Shown one piece after another: positions 47,032-56,308 of a stretch of 63,954 nucleotides of DNA (positions are counted from its first letter, which is position 1; the number at the start of each line of letters is the position of its first letter). Position numbers and translations under genes: made by a program. The notes below the pieces were generated by a model that saw nothing but the letters and a program-made list of their open reading frames with translations, did not search any database and was not told the DNA's origin. The DNA is taken from positions 1 through 63,954 of IMG/VR virus record IMGVR_UViG_3300004154_000014, one strand, 5' to 3'. This DNA is from a virus. Its lineage: Duplodnaviria; Caudoviricetes.

Positions 47032-47324
47032 GATACCACTGCCGGTGCCGCCAGTGCGGTACCCGGCAGGTCCTGTCCCGTCCCCCTGACACCTATCGAT
47101 CCGTTCCCCGCTGCCGCTCCTGTGGCGAGCGGAAGCTGCGCCTGGATCGCTGGATGAACGAACGCGATACCCCGGCCATGACCTGCCGCTGCGACGGCTA
47201 CCACCATCCCCACCGACGTGGCTCGCTGCGCTGCAACTACCAACCCGATGGCGAGTGGAAAACCCATGAGCAATTTCAGGCCCTCTGGCTTCAAGACGAG
47301 GAGCCCTGCTACGAGTTCGAATAG
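47028..47324 (+). CDS. Cys/His-rich putative zinc-finger protein
   Basis: GTGA overlap; CRQC, CRSC, CRCDGYHHPHRRGSLRC. Confidence 0.6.
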   Translation: MRYHCRCRQCGTRQVLSRPPDTYRSVPRCRSCGERKLRLDRWMNERDTPAMTCRCDGYHHPHRRGSLRCNYQPDGEWKTHEQFQALWLQDEEPCYEFE

Positions 47325-47335
47325 GAATATCACGA

Positions 47336-47539
47336 GTGAAACACCCCATACCTCCCGAGGCGGTACAGGGTGCGTCCCGCACCCGCTATGGCAGTCCGGC
47401 CTCGCTCTACGGGCGAGTGACCATCGCCGGACACACCTTCCTCTACCACCGACGCACCGACGTGCTGGTGCGCCTGGACCTCTACAACGCCTATGTGAAA
47501 GCCCTGAAAGAAACCAGAGGGCTAGGGAGTATTCAATGA
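47336..47539 (+). CDS. Small hypothetical protein
   Basis: Fills gap; ATGA overlap with next gene. Confidence 0.5.
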   Translation: MKHPIPPEAVQGASRTRYGSPASLYGRVTIAGHTFLYHRRTDVLVRLDLYNAYVKALKETRGLGSIQ

Positions 47540-48717
47540 TCGATCATGATCTGCTCGAGCAAGCCGGCAAGGCACTGGCCAAGGCCAAGATCGCCCTGAT
47601 GGCCCGGCCCCAATGCACCTTCATCACCACCATCGTCCTGTCGATGCACCACGTCTGGGACGAGACGATCCCCACCGCCTGCACCAATGGCCTGGAGATC
47701 CGTTTCAATCCGGCGTTCTTCCTGAGCCAGAGTCCGGAGATCCGGGCCTCGATCCTTGCCCACGAAGGCTGGCACCCGGCCCTGCAGCACTGTGGCCCCG
47801 ACCGCATGGCCAACCGCGATCCGGAAATCTGGAACTACGCGGCCGACTACGTGGCGAACCTGCTGCTCAAGCAGGACAACTTCGCCATTGGTGCCGGCTG
47901 GCTGCTCGACGACAAGTACGAGGGCTGGGGTACCGAGCAGGTCTACAAGGACCTGATCGCCAATCCCCCACCACCCTCCAAGGGAGGTAATGGCAGTTCC
48001 AGCGGCAGCGGCGGACTGGGCAGGGACATCGTGACCACCCCGCCGGATTCCTCATCCCCTCAAAATGGCGAGACCCTGCCGCCCAGCCAGCAGATCCACA
48101 ACATGATCATGCGGGCCAACATGATGGCGCAGATGGCCGGGGACAACCCGGGCAAGATTCCCCAGGAAATCCAGATTTACCTGGAGAGCTTCCTCAAGCC
48201 CAAGCTGCCCTACGGCACGCTGTTGCGCCGCTACGTCAACGGCTTCGCCAAGGTCGACCACAGCTGGCGCAAACCCAATCGGCGGTTCTTCCCCGAGTAC
48301 CACCTGCCGACCCTGCACAGCGAGCACCTGGAATCCTTCGCCGCGGCGATCGACGTGTCCAGCTCGGTGCGCGATGCCCAGTTCCAGCAACTGGTTTCCG
48401 AAGTGAAAAGCGCCCTGGTGGTGGTCAAGCCCCAGCAGATGACCCTGTTGCAGTTCAACACCCAGATCACCCGGGAGAACAAGCTGCGCACCCTCAACGA
48501 GCTGCGCCAGGTGAAGTTCATCGGCCGCGGTGGTACCGACGTGTGCCCGGTCCTGGAATGGGCCAAGACCCACAAGCCCAAGCTGTTGCTGATTTTCAGC
48601 GATGGCTACTTCGGCTTGCCCAGCGATCTGGACCCCGGCATGCCAGTGCTCTGGGTCATCTACAACAACCCCAAGTTCACGGCCCCCTTCGGCCGCGTCA
48701 TCCATTTCAACCTGTGA
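47536..48717 (+). CDS. DUF2201-like metallopeptidase + VWA domain protein (N4 gp25-like)
   Basis: TACTNG, AHEGWH (HExxH), AIDVSSS MIDAS-like, GRGGTD, FSDGY; partner of MoxR ATPase. Confidence 0.88.
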   Translation: MIDHDLLEQAGKALAKAKIALMARPQCTFITTIVLSMHHVWDETIPTACTNGLEIRFNPAFFLSQSPEIRASILAHEGWHPALQHCGPDRMANRDPEIWNYAADYVANLLLKQDNFAIGAGWLLDDKYEGWGTEQVYKDLIANPPPPSKGGNGSSSGSGGLGRDIVTTPPDSSSPQNGETLPPSQQIHNMIMRANMMAQMAGDNPGKIPQEIQIYLESFLKPKLPYGTLLRRYVNGFAKVDHSWRKPNRRFFPEYHLPTLHSEHLESFAAAIDVSSSVRDAQFQQLVSEVKSALVVVKPQQMTLLQFNTQITRENKLRTLNELRQVKFIGRGGTDVCPVLEWAKTHKPKLLLIFSDGYFGLPSDLDPGMPVLWVIYNNPKFTAPFGRVIHFNL

Positions 48718-48724
48718 GGCTTGT

Positions 48725-49981
48725 ATGACCATATTGCTCGAGGATCTCAACGAAGGTCAGCGAGCAGGCTACGACGCCGTCGTGCAGTGGATGCTCGATC
48801 CCGGCTCGCCGATCTTCGTGATCAGCGGCGGTGCCGGGACCGGCAAATCCACCCTGATGCGTGCCCTGCTCGACAACCTCCCCACCGTCAACCAGACGAT
48901 CAAGTTGATCGACCCAACCCACAAACCCCTCGACACCGTTCTGACCGCCACCACCCATCCGGCTGCCGACAACCTGGCAGCGATCGCTGGACAGGGGGTA
49001 AGAACCATCCAGTCCCTGCTGGGTCTTCGTCCCCAGCGCGACTACGCCACCGGCGAAACGTACCTGGCAGTCAGGCAAGGTGCCGAGTTGCAGTACGACC
49101 GATTGATCGTCCTCGACGAGGGCAGCTTCGTCGACACCTTCCTGCTACGCCACATGATGCAGCGCACCGAGCGTTGCAAGTTTCTGGTGCTCGGCGATCC
49201 CTTCCAGCTGACCCCACCCAAGTCCACCGGCTGCCCGCTGTTCGAGCGCAATTATCCCGGTATCGAGTTGACCGAGATCATGCGCCAAGCTGCTGACAAT
49301 CCACTGATGCAGGTCTCAATGATGTTCCGCGAGACCGTGCGTACTGGGCAGTTCTTCAAGATCGTGCCCGACGGACAGGCGATCTGCCGGCTGAGCGACG
49401 ACGAGTTCAAGCAGGCGATCATCGACGAGTTCACCGATCCGGGCTGGACCTCGACGCGCTCGAAGATCCTCACTTACACCAACAACCGCTCGATCATGTA
49501 CAACGCCTTCATTCAGGAACAGCTGAGCGGCGTGCAGCAGTTCAGTCCCGGCGACTATGCGGTGGTCAACTCCTTCGTGCAGGGCCACGGTTTCGTCCTC
49601 AACAACAACGAGACCGTGCTGATCCAGGCAATCGAGCCGGCCACCGAACTGGCTACCCCTGGCTTCAAGGTGATGGTCGTCGCCGGCAGCAAGACCCTCG
49701 AGCTGTTCATGCCGGCCTCCCCCAAGCTCTATGAGAAAGCCCTGCGCGAAGCCCGTGCCCAGGACGCCTGGAATGCCGTGCAGAACATCGAGCGCAGCTG
49801 GGTCGACCTGCGGGCGGCCTATTCCTCGACGATCAACAAAAGCCAGGGCCGGACCTTCGACCGGGTCTACATCGACCTTAGCGACATCGGCACCTGCCGC
49901 CACAAGATCACCCTGGCCCGCCTGCTTTACGTGGCATTCAGCCGAGCGCGCTACCAGGTCTTCCTGCGCGGAGACATCTGA
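48725..49981 (+). CDS. SF1 Dda/RecD-like DNA helicase
   Basis: GGAGTGKS, VLDEGS, GDPFQL, TINKSQGRTF, YVAFSRAR. Confidence 0.92.
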   Translation: MTILLEDLNEGQRAGYDAVVQWMLDPGSPIFVISGGAGTGKSTLMRALLDNLPTVNQTIKLIDPTHKPLDTVLTATTHPAADNLAAIAGQGVRTIQSLLGLRPQRDYATGETYLAVRQGAELQYDRLIVLDEGSFVDTFLLRHMMQRTERCKFLVLGDPFQLTPPKSTGCPLFERNYPGIELTEIMRQAADNPLMQVSMMFRETVRTGQFFKIVPDGQAICRLSDDEFKQAIIDEFTDPGWTSTRSKILTYTNNRSIMYNAFIQEQLSGVQQFSPGDYAVVNSFVQGHGFVLNNNETVLIQAIEPATELATPGFKVMVVAGSKTLELFMPASPKLYEKALREARAQDAWNAVQNIERSWVDLRAAYSSTINKSQGRTFDRVYIDLSDIGTCRHKITLARLLYVAFSRARYQVFLRGDI

Positions 49982-49990
49982 GGACACCCC

Positions 49991-50413
49991 ATGAACACGC
50001 TCACTCCCTTCTGCAACAAGTGCCAGGGCTTTTCCGAGAAAACCAGTGGTGCCGTGATCTACCCTCATCGAGAGGACCTGCACCACAAACTCTTCTACCG
50101 CTGTCCGACCTGCGGGGACTACGTCGGCGGGCACGAGAAGACCGGCAAGCCCTACGGGACCCTTGCCGACGCCGAACTGCGTCAACTCCGAATGGAAGCC
50201 CACACCCTTTTCGACCCTCTCTGGGAAGGGGAGCTGTGGCGTGCCCAGGCCTTCGGCAGCGGCAAGACCAGCAAGAACAAGATCCGCAAGAGCTACTACG
50301 AGAAATTGGCCGAGGCCATGCGCCTGGCTATCGACGACTGCCATATCGCGCTCTTCGACAAGGACCAATGCCGCCAAGCGATCGCATTGTGCCAATCGGG
50401 AGCGCTGACCTAA
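49991..50413 (+). CDS. DUF3268-like zinc-finger protein
   Basis: CNKC..CPTCGDYVGGH..GTLADAELRQLR..CHIALF. Confidence 0.75.
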   Translation: MNTLTPFCNKCQGFSEKTSGAVIYPHREDLHHKLFYRCPTCGDYVGGHEKTGKPYGTLADAELRQLRMEAHTLFDPLWEGELWRAQAFGSGKTSKNKIRKSYYEKLAEAMRLAIDDCHIALFDKDQCRQAIALCQSGALT

Positions 50414-50427
50414 ACCAGGAAACAACC

Positions 50428-50955
50428 ATGCCCACTCCCGCTCCGGTCCACGATCCAAAGATCAAACAACAACTAAAGGACGCCCTCTACGAGCTGCTCT
50501 ACCAACCGGTGCAGCGGCGCTTCAAGGAGCGTCTGGATGCAATCATCCGGCACAACGTCCAGCTGCTCTCCTCGCCCTTCGAGGCTTTCACCTACAAGGG
50601 GGAGGTCTACAAGATCGATCCCCAGGCGCGGGTACCCCTGCATCTGGATCGGCTGGACTCGAGCCTGCGTCCGATCATGGACAGCTACCTGGCGGAAGTG
50701 GAGAAGCTCAACCGTGAAGAACTTCCCTTCGCGGTGGGTTACATCACCAAAGTCCTCAACGCCTCGAACGACCTCCACGACTACATCAAGCTGCTCCCCG
50801 AATCGTTGCATCCAGTCATCCAGCAGGCCATCGACCGATGCCCCTGCCGGACGGAACACCTGGGCGCCGACGAAGTGAAGCAGTTTCAGGCGGACAATGA
50901 TCGGGAGCTGCAGATCCTCAAGCAGCGCCTGCTCCACAACCTCCTGTTGCCGTGA
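50428..50955 (+). CDS. Hypothetical protein (N4 gp38-like position)
   Basis: AGGA RBS; lies between helicase and DNA polymerase. Confidence 0.7.
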   Translation: MPTPAPVHDPKIKQQLKDALYELLYQPVQRRFKERLDAIIRHNVQLLSSPFEAFTYKGEVYKIDPQARVPLHLDRLDSSLRPIMDSYLAEVEKLNREELPFAVGYITKVLNASNDLHDYIKLLPESLHPVIQQAIDRCPCRTEHLGADEVKQFQADNDRELQILKQRLLHNLLLP

Positions 50956-50974
50956 GGTCTCATCAGGAGCTTCC

Positions 50975-53056
50975 ATGCGTCATCTGTCCTTCAAGGAATC
51001 GGCTACCTACCCGGTCGCCCTGCTGCTCAAACCCAACGCCTTCCTCCAGTCCGAAATCCTCCGCCACTACGGCGAACCCCTGGCAGCCGCCGGCATACCC
51101 CTCGACGATCTGATCGCCATGACCCTGGACAACCCGTCCGAGGGCAAGCTGACCGTGAAGTTCGCCAAGGAGTATGCCGACAAGCTGCTCCAGGCCCTCG
51201 ATACTGTGGACACCCGGCTGCTCTATTGCACCGACGCTACCTACTTCAAGGTGCTCACCAAGCAGACCAAGGCCGAGCCCCACCTGGGCTATGCCCTGCC
51301 CTGTGCCCTGCCTGGCTTCGAACACATGCAGGTGGTACTGGGCATCGGCTACCCGAGCCTGTTCTACAACCCGGCGCTGTCAGCTAAGCTCGACCTCTCG
51401 CTCAAGGCCTTGGTTGGGCAGTACGCTGGCAACTACCGACCACCGGGAGAGGGCATCATCCACCACGCCGAGTACCCCGCGAGCGTGGTGGAGATCAAGG
51501 CGGCACTGGACAAGCTGCACCAGTACCCCTACCTGGCAGCCGACATCGAGGCATTCAGCCTCAACCATTGGCTGGCTGGGATCGGCTCGATATGTTTTAC
51601 GTGGAACACTCATGAAGGCCTGGCCTTTCTGATCGACTACGTACCCCTCGCCGAGCCGGTTTGGGACAACCCCAAGAAGCAAACCACCGGGCAATTCGGC
51701 CAGCAAGTCTTCAACCCCGAAGTGCGTGCCCTGTTGCGTGAATTCTTCGAGACCTACCGGGGCACCTTGCGCTGGCACCGGGCAAGCTTCGACCTCAAGG
51801 TACTGATCTACCAGCTGTGGATGTCCTCGATCGACGATACCGCCGGGCTGCTACGGGGCCTGGAGGTGATGACCCGACACTTCGACGACACCCTGGTGAT
51901 CACCTACCTGGCCACCAACAGTTGTGCTGGCAACGAACTGGGCCTGAAAGCCAATGCCCACGAGTTCGCCGGCAACTGGGCCAACGAGGAGATCAAGGAC
52001 ATCCGGCGGATCAAGCCAGGTGAGCTACTGCAGTACAACCTGGTCGACGGCTTGTCCACCAACTACGTCTTCGACAAGCACTACCCGACCCTGGTCGCCG
52101 ACCAGCAGGAGGAGCTTTACCAGGGCTTCATGAAAGACAGCTTGCGGGTGCTGATCCAGACCATGCTGACCGGGATGCCGGTCAAGCCGGCGCGGGTCCA
52201 GGAGGTCAAGGAGATCCTCGAGACCAAGCGTGACGAGCTGTTCGACAGCATCGTCGCCAACCCCCTGGTCAAGGCGCTCAATCTGGTGTTCCAGAAGAAA
52301 GCCCAGGAGGCCGCCAACGCCAAGCTGAAGGTCAAGCAACACCCACTGGAACATTTCAGCGGCGTGATCTTCAACCCGGGCAGTCCGCAACAGGTTCAGT
52401 ACCTGCTCTACGAGCAGATGGGCCTGCCGGTGCTCGACAAGACCGACAGCGGGCAGCCGTCCACCGGCGGCGATACCCTGGCCAAGCTGATCCACCACAC
52501 CGAGGTGCCAGCCTACAAGGCGGTGATCCAGGCCCTGATCGACCTCTCCGGGGTGGTCAAGATCCTCTCTTCATTCATCCCGGCGCTGGAAGGTGCGGTG
52601 CCGATCCCGGGCACCGAGTACGCCCTGCTGTTCGGTAACTTCAACCTCGGCGGTGCGGTCTCCGGCCGGCTTTCCTCCTCGGACCCCAACCTGCAGAACC
52701 TGCCGGCCAAAGGCCTCTGGGGCAAGCTGATCAAGTCCTGCTTCATCGCTGCCCCGGGCTGGCTGTTCGCCGGATCAGACTTTGCCAGCCTTGAGGACCG
52801 CATCAACGCCCTGTTGACCAAGGACAGAAACAAACTGCGTGTGTACACGGATGGGTTCGACGGCCATTGCCTGCGAGCCTTTGCTTATTTTCCTAGTGAG
52901 TTGCCTGGGATAACCCAGGCCCAAGAAACTGATCGCTGTTTCCGGATCACGATAAAGGGCCAAACTTTTCTATGTAAAAGTGGGGACTTTATTATAACCT
53001 CAGCGGGAGAGCACATTCCAGTAGAGCAGTTTTATGATTCCTATCAAAGAGTATGA
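50975..53056 (+). CDS. Family A DNA polymerase, N-terminal fragment (3'-5' exonuclease + motif A)
   Basis: AADIEAF exo I, YNLVDG exo III, SGRLSSSDPNLQNLP, GSDFASLEDRI, DGHCLRA; ends before motif B. Confidence 0.92.
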   Translation: MRHLSFKESATYPVALLLKPNAFLQSEILRHYGEPLAAAGIPLDDLIAMTLDNPSEGKLTVKFAKEYADKLLQALDTVDTRLLYCTDATYFKVLTKQTKAEPHLGYALPCALPGFEHMQVVLGIGYPSLFYNPALSAKLDLSLKALVGQYAGNYRPPGEGIIHHAEYPASVVEIKAALDKLHQYPYLAADIEAFSLNHWLAGIGSICFTWNTHEGLAFLIDYVPLAEPVWDNPKKQTTGQFGQQVFNPEVRALLREFFETYRGTLRWHRASFDLKVLIYQLWMSSIDDTAGLLRGLEVMTRHFDDTLVITYLATNSCAGNELGLKANAHEFAGNWANEEIKDIRRIKPGELLQYNLVDGLSTNYVFDKHYPTLVADQQEELYQGFMKDSLRVLIQTMLTGMPVKPARVQEVKEILETKRDELFDSIVANPLVKALNLVFQKKAQEAANAKLKVKQHPLEHFSGVIFNPGSPQQVQYLLYEQMGLPVLDKTDSGQPSTGGDTLAKLIHHTEVPAYKAVIQALIDLSGVVKILSSFIPALEGAVPIPGTEYALLFGNFNLGGAVSGRLSSSDPNLQNLPAKGLWGKLIKSCFIAAPGWLFAGSDFASLEDRINALLTKDRNKLRVYTDGFDGHCLRAFAYFPSELPGITQAQETDRCFRITIKGQTFLCKSGDFIITSAGEHIPVEQFYDSYQRV

Positions 53057-53747
53057 AGTGCAATACACCATTGCTGAAAATGGTGATGTCACCCGTAGGG
53101 AAACAGGGCGGATACTCCGCCCTAGTCTCAATAAGCAAACAGGTTATCTGTATGTTGGGTTGTGGAAGCACAACATTGGTAAGACGTTTGCTGTACATCG
53201 GCTGGTTGCTGAGCATTACATTTCCAATCCAGCAAACAAACCTTTCGTCAATCACAAAGACAGTATAAGAACCAATCCGCACAAGGATAATCTGGAATGG
53301 TGTACTCAAGGGGAAAATATACTCCACGGGTATGCCCAAGGATTCATGAGCCAGGAGAATCGCCGGAATTTCAAAGACTTCGAGTTGGATCTGCTTCTTC
53401 AATCCGTCCTTGCTGGAGAGACTATGACAACTCTCGCATCGGCTGCTGACGTGGGCTTAGGGCGACTGACGATCAACTTGCGTAAATATGCGGATACTGC
53501 TGGATTACTTGAAAAATTTCTGGAGGAGTTGTACCGACAAAAGTGTGAAAGGAACGCGCAGGCCAACGTGAATAAACGCAGACCTATTCTGCAGTGGACA
53601 ATCCAAGGCACTCTAGTATCGGAGCATGAAAGTGCAACAGCTGCTGCTAGAACTCTGGGGCGTTCTTCTGCAGGTTCTATATTCAATGCCCTTAATCCCG
53701 GTAAGACTCAGCAGAAGGCTTTTGGTTACTTATGGACATTCAAGTAA
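53034..53747 (+). mobile_element. Free-standing HNH homing endonuclease inserted in the DNA polymerase gene
   Basis: VHRLVAEHYI..VNHKDSIRTNPHKDNLEWCTQGENILH; NUMOD-like C-terminus; AT-richer than genome; overlaps both polymerase fragments. Confidence 0.9.
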
Positions 53748-53860
53748 ACGGTGACTTCTCAATAGAAGAAGTCACCACAGATATATTCAACGTCTTTCAA
53801 ATTAACCGGATTAAAAAGGAGTATGGGGCTCTTCGAGATGAATCGAAGAGCCCCACTTGA
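53732..53860 (+). CDS. DNA polymerase middle fragment (42 aa, first half of motif B)
   Basis: Manual translation MDIQVNGDFSIEEVTTDIFNVFQINRIKKEYGALRDESKSPT-stop; not in ORF track (<60 aa). Confidence 0.8.
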   Translation: MDIQVNGDFSIEEVTTDIFNVFQINRIKKEYGALRDESKSPT

Positions 53861-54537
53861 CTTTCCTCCTTACCTACGGAGGTTCCTGGCGCGGCTTGAT
53901 GGCCAACCTCGGCTGGCCCAAAGAGAAAGCCCTGCGTATTGAGGCCAACTACCACGCGCTGTACGTCGAGTCCGACGAGTGGGTGAAAGCCAAGATCGAC
54001 GAAGCCGCCCGGCTGGGTTACGCCACCTCGGCCTTTGGACTGCGCATCCGGGCACCCTTGTTGACCCAGACCCTGCGGGGGAGGGCCAAGTGTCCCCATG
54101 AGGCGGAAGCCGAAGCCAGGACGCTTGGAAATGCCATCAGTGGCCAGTCCTATGGCCTGCTGACCAACCGGGCCGCCAACGCCTTCATGGCCAAGGTCTG
54201 GGCCTCGCCCTACCGGTTGGACATCCTCCCCGTGGCGTTCATCCACGATGCGATCTACCTGCTGATCCGCAGCCGTCCGGAGATCGTCGAGTGGGTTAAC
54301 CGCGAGCTGATCACCGAGATGCGATGGCAGGAGCTGCCGGAGATCACCCATGACCAGGTCAAGCTGGGCGCCGAACTGGACTTGTTCTATCCCAGCTGGG
54401 CCTACCCGGTCACCCTGCCCAACGGTGCCGATGCCGCCACCATTCTCGAACGCTGCCAGGCCCACCGGGACGAGCTGCACGAGAAGGGTGTTTTGCCTGC
54501 TTTACCCACGAAGAAAACCCCCATGTCTACCCCCTGA
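53857..54537 (+). CDS. DNA polymerase C-terminal fragment (second half of motif B + motif C)
   Basis: TFLLTYGG, RTLGNAISGQSYG, FIHDAIY. Confidence 0.9.
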   Translation: MTFLLTYGGSWRGLMANLGWPKEKALRIEANYHALYVESDEWVKAKIDEAARLGYATSAFGLRIRAPLLTQTLRGRAKCPHEAEAEARTLGNAISGQSYGLLTNRAANAFMAKVWASPYRLDILPVAFIHDAIYLLIRSRPEIVEWVNRELITEMRWQELPEITHDQVKLGAELDLFYPSWAYPVTLPNGADAATILERCQAHRDELHEKGVLPALPTKKTPMSTP

Positions 54538-54582
54538 CTGGCGTCCTGTATGGACGCAGAAATACCCTCAAGGAACCCCGCC

Positions 54583-54918
54583 ATGAAAGAAGTTTCCGCC
54601 CTGCGTGCTGTCTCCGTTTTGCTGATCGCTGCGGCTGCCGTCGCCATCAGCGCCCAACGGGCCAAGGCTGCCGACACCCTGCCGATCCGCAACGCCCAGA
54701 TCGTCGACACCGCCCATGAAAGCTGGCTGGTGGCGACTCTGGTCAACACCACCCAGACCATACTCGATCACCCGGCCGTCACCTTCACGGTCGATGGCCA
54801 GCAGGTAGTGGTCGCCGGCCCGACGCTGGAAAGCGGTCAGGCCTGGCGCATCCGCCACCGCCTCGAAAAGAAACCCCAGGCGCTGACCGGCGCCTATGCC
54901 ACCTACGAAATCCGGTGA
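54583..54918 (+). CDS. Putative exported protein
   Basis: Signal-peptide-like N-terminus ending AKA-A; beta-rich mature part. Confidence 0.65.
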   Translation: MKEVSALRAVSVLLIAAAAVAISAQRAKAADTLPIRNAQIVDTAHESWLVATLVNTTQTILDHPAVTFTVDGQQVVVAGPTLESGQAWRIRHRLEKKPQALTGAYATYEIR

Positions 54919-54999
54919 GGAACCACTATATGCAAGGTCACCACACCAAGGCTCGGCTTCGCCTGCGAGGCGTTCCGCTCAAACCAGGGGAAAAAATCG

Positions 55000-55317
55000 A
55001 TGGGTCCTGATGATCTGCTGGGCTACCTAAGCCCGCAGCAGATCCGCCAGCTGCTCGATGCCGGCGCCGTGAAGCTGCTCTACACCGTCTGCGAAAACCC
55101 TAAGCACCTGGGCGACATCTCAGTCATGCACTGGTTTGACCGGAACGACATCGAGATCGCCCACCAGACCGCCCTAAACAATCCGATTTTCTACCGCCGC
55201 TCCTGGGGCGGATGGGTGGATAATCGACCGGGCTATCGACGGTCCTACCGCTGGAACCTGTTCGTCGACAGCCCGGAAGAGCTATCGGATGCGGCGATCT
55301 CCTACCGCGTTGTCTGA
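55000..55317 (+). CDS. Hypothetical protein (possibly frameshifted from ATG 54930)
   Basis: 105-aa ORF; upstream RBS+ATG at 54930 is out of frame across GGGGAAAAAA. Confidence 0.55.
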   Translation: MGPDDLLGYLSPQQIRQLLDAGAVKLLYTVCENPKHLGDISVMHWFDRNDIEIAHQTALNNPIFYRRSWGGWVDNRPGYRRSYRWNLFVDSPEELSDAAISYRVV

Positions 55318-55393
55318 ACCAAGCTGGACACCACCGCCCAGCCGTCCATAGACTGCTAAAGACCCGCGACTACTTACAGGAGAGGGCCACTCG

Positions 55394-55651
55394 ATGACCT
55401 CTGAGAACTCTGAACTCGACCACGACCACATCGTCGCTCAAATAGCGAAACTCATGGCCGAAACCGGCAAGCTGAACTCCGAGAATGAAAAGCTCCGCGA
55501 GGAGTCGCGCAAGCTGAACGCCGAGCACGAGAAGCTGCAGGCAGAAGCCCTGAAAATAACCAGAGAAACCTTCTGGTATCCGATGGCCATCGCCAGCGCG
55601 CTGGTCGGATCTGTGGCCGGGATCACCCTCGCCTTGAGCAAGCTGATATGA
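55394..55651 (+). CDS. Coiled-coil protein with C-terminal TM
   Basis: IAKLMAETGKLN heptads, WYPMAIAS hydrophobic tail. Confidence 0.7.
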   Translation: MTSENSELDHDHIVAQIAKLMAETGKLNSENEKLREESRKLNAEHEKLQAEALKITRETFWYPMAIASALVGSVAGITLALSKLI

Positions 55652-55890
55652 CCGAAGACGTGCGTTCCGCCCAGATCCACCAGGCGTATGACGCGCTGGA
55701 AGATGAGCTGCCGGGCTATCTGGTCACCATGCTCAAGCTGTTCTGCCTGCGGGAGCTGATGGGTGACTCGATGCACCAGGAGCTTGAGGCGCTGATCAAG
55801 GGCCTCGACGAAGACGGAGAACTGGAGGAGGGGGTTGCCGATAGCGCCCTGCTCCTCATCGAGGGCCTTCCGCTCCCTACCACCCCCTGA
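55648..55890 (+). CDS. Hypothetical acidic protein
   Basis: ATGA overlap. Confidence 0.6.
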   Translation: MTEDVRSAQIHQAYDALEDELPGYLVTMLKLFCLRELMGDSMHQELEALIKGLDEDGELEEGVADSALLLIEGLPLPTTP

Positions 55891-55903
55891 CCCCGAGGAC
55901 CCT

Positions 55904-56140
55904 ATGCAAGCCTTCAAAATTGTCGCCAATACCGAAGTTCCGGAAGCGGTCGGCGAGACCGTCAACCTGAACACCTATCTGCAGGGGTCGAGCTACTTCA
56001 GCGCGATCCTTCACAATGACGAGGTGCCCGGTCGGCTCGCCGGGGCTAAAGCCCACCTGCAGGAACACTTCGGGGCCTGGTGCCAGGCACGGATCACCCT
56101 ATCGGCGGTGGAGTGCGAGATCGAGCCGAGCGATCCCTGA
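55904..56140 (+). CDS. Hypothetical protein
   Basis: GAGGA RBS; followed by terminator. Confidence 0.6.
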   Translation: MQAFKIVANTEVPEAVGETVNLNTYLQGSSYFSAILHNDEVPGRLAGAKAHLQEHFGAWCQARITLSAVECEIEPSDP

Positions 56141-56169
56141 CGTCCGTCCCATTACACCTGCTGTACCGG

Positions 56170-56194
56170 AACCCGCCCGCGTGGCGGGTTTTTT
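56170..56194 (+). terminator. Rho-independent terminator
   Basis: AACCCGCC..GGCGGGTT + T-run. Confidence 0.8.
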
Positions 56195-56308
56195 CTGACC
56201 GCTTGACGGCTTTCCATCAAATAATGCCTGGTTAGCGCCAACTTTCTGAATTTGTCCGACTGGGCATATCCTCCCCCTAACTTACCGATTTACCCAAAGG
56301 AGAACTGC

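Noticed and set aside
53034-53860. Group I intron or intein in the DNA polymerase
   Set aside because: The HNH ORF overlaps polymerase-like coding sequence at both ends, no intron core is recognisable, frames differ, and intein terminal motifs are absent
56203-56225. Sigma70 promoter for the TPR cassette (TTGACG..AATAAT)
   Set aside because: Spacing is about 11 nt, too short for a canonical promoter
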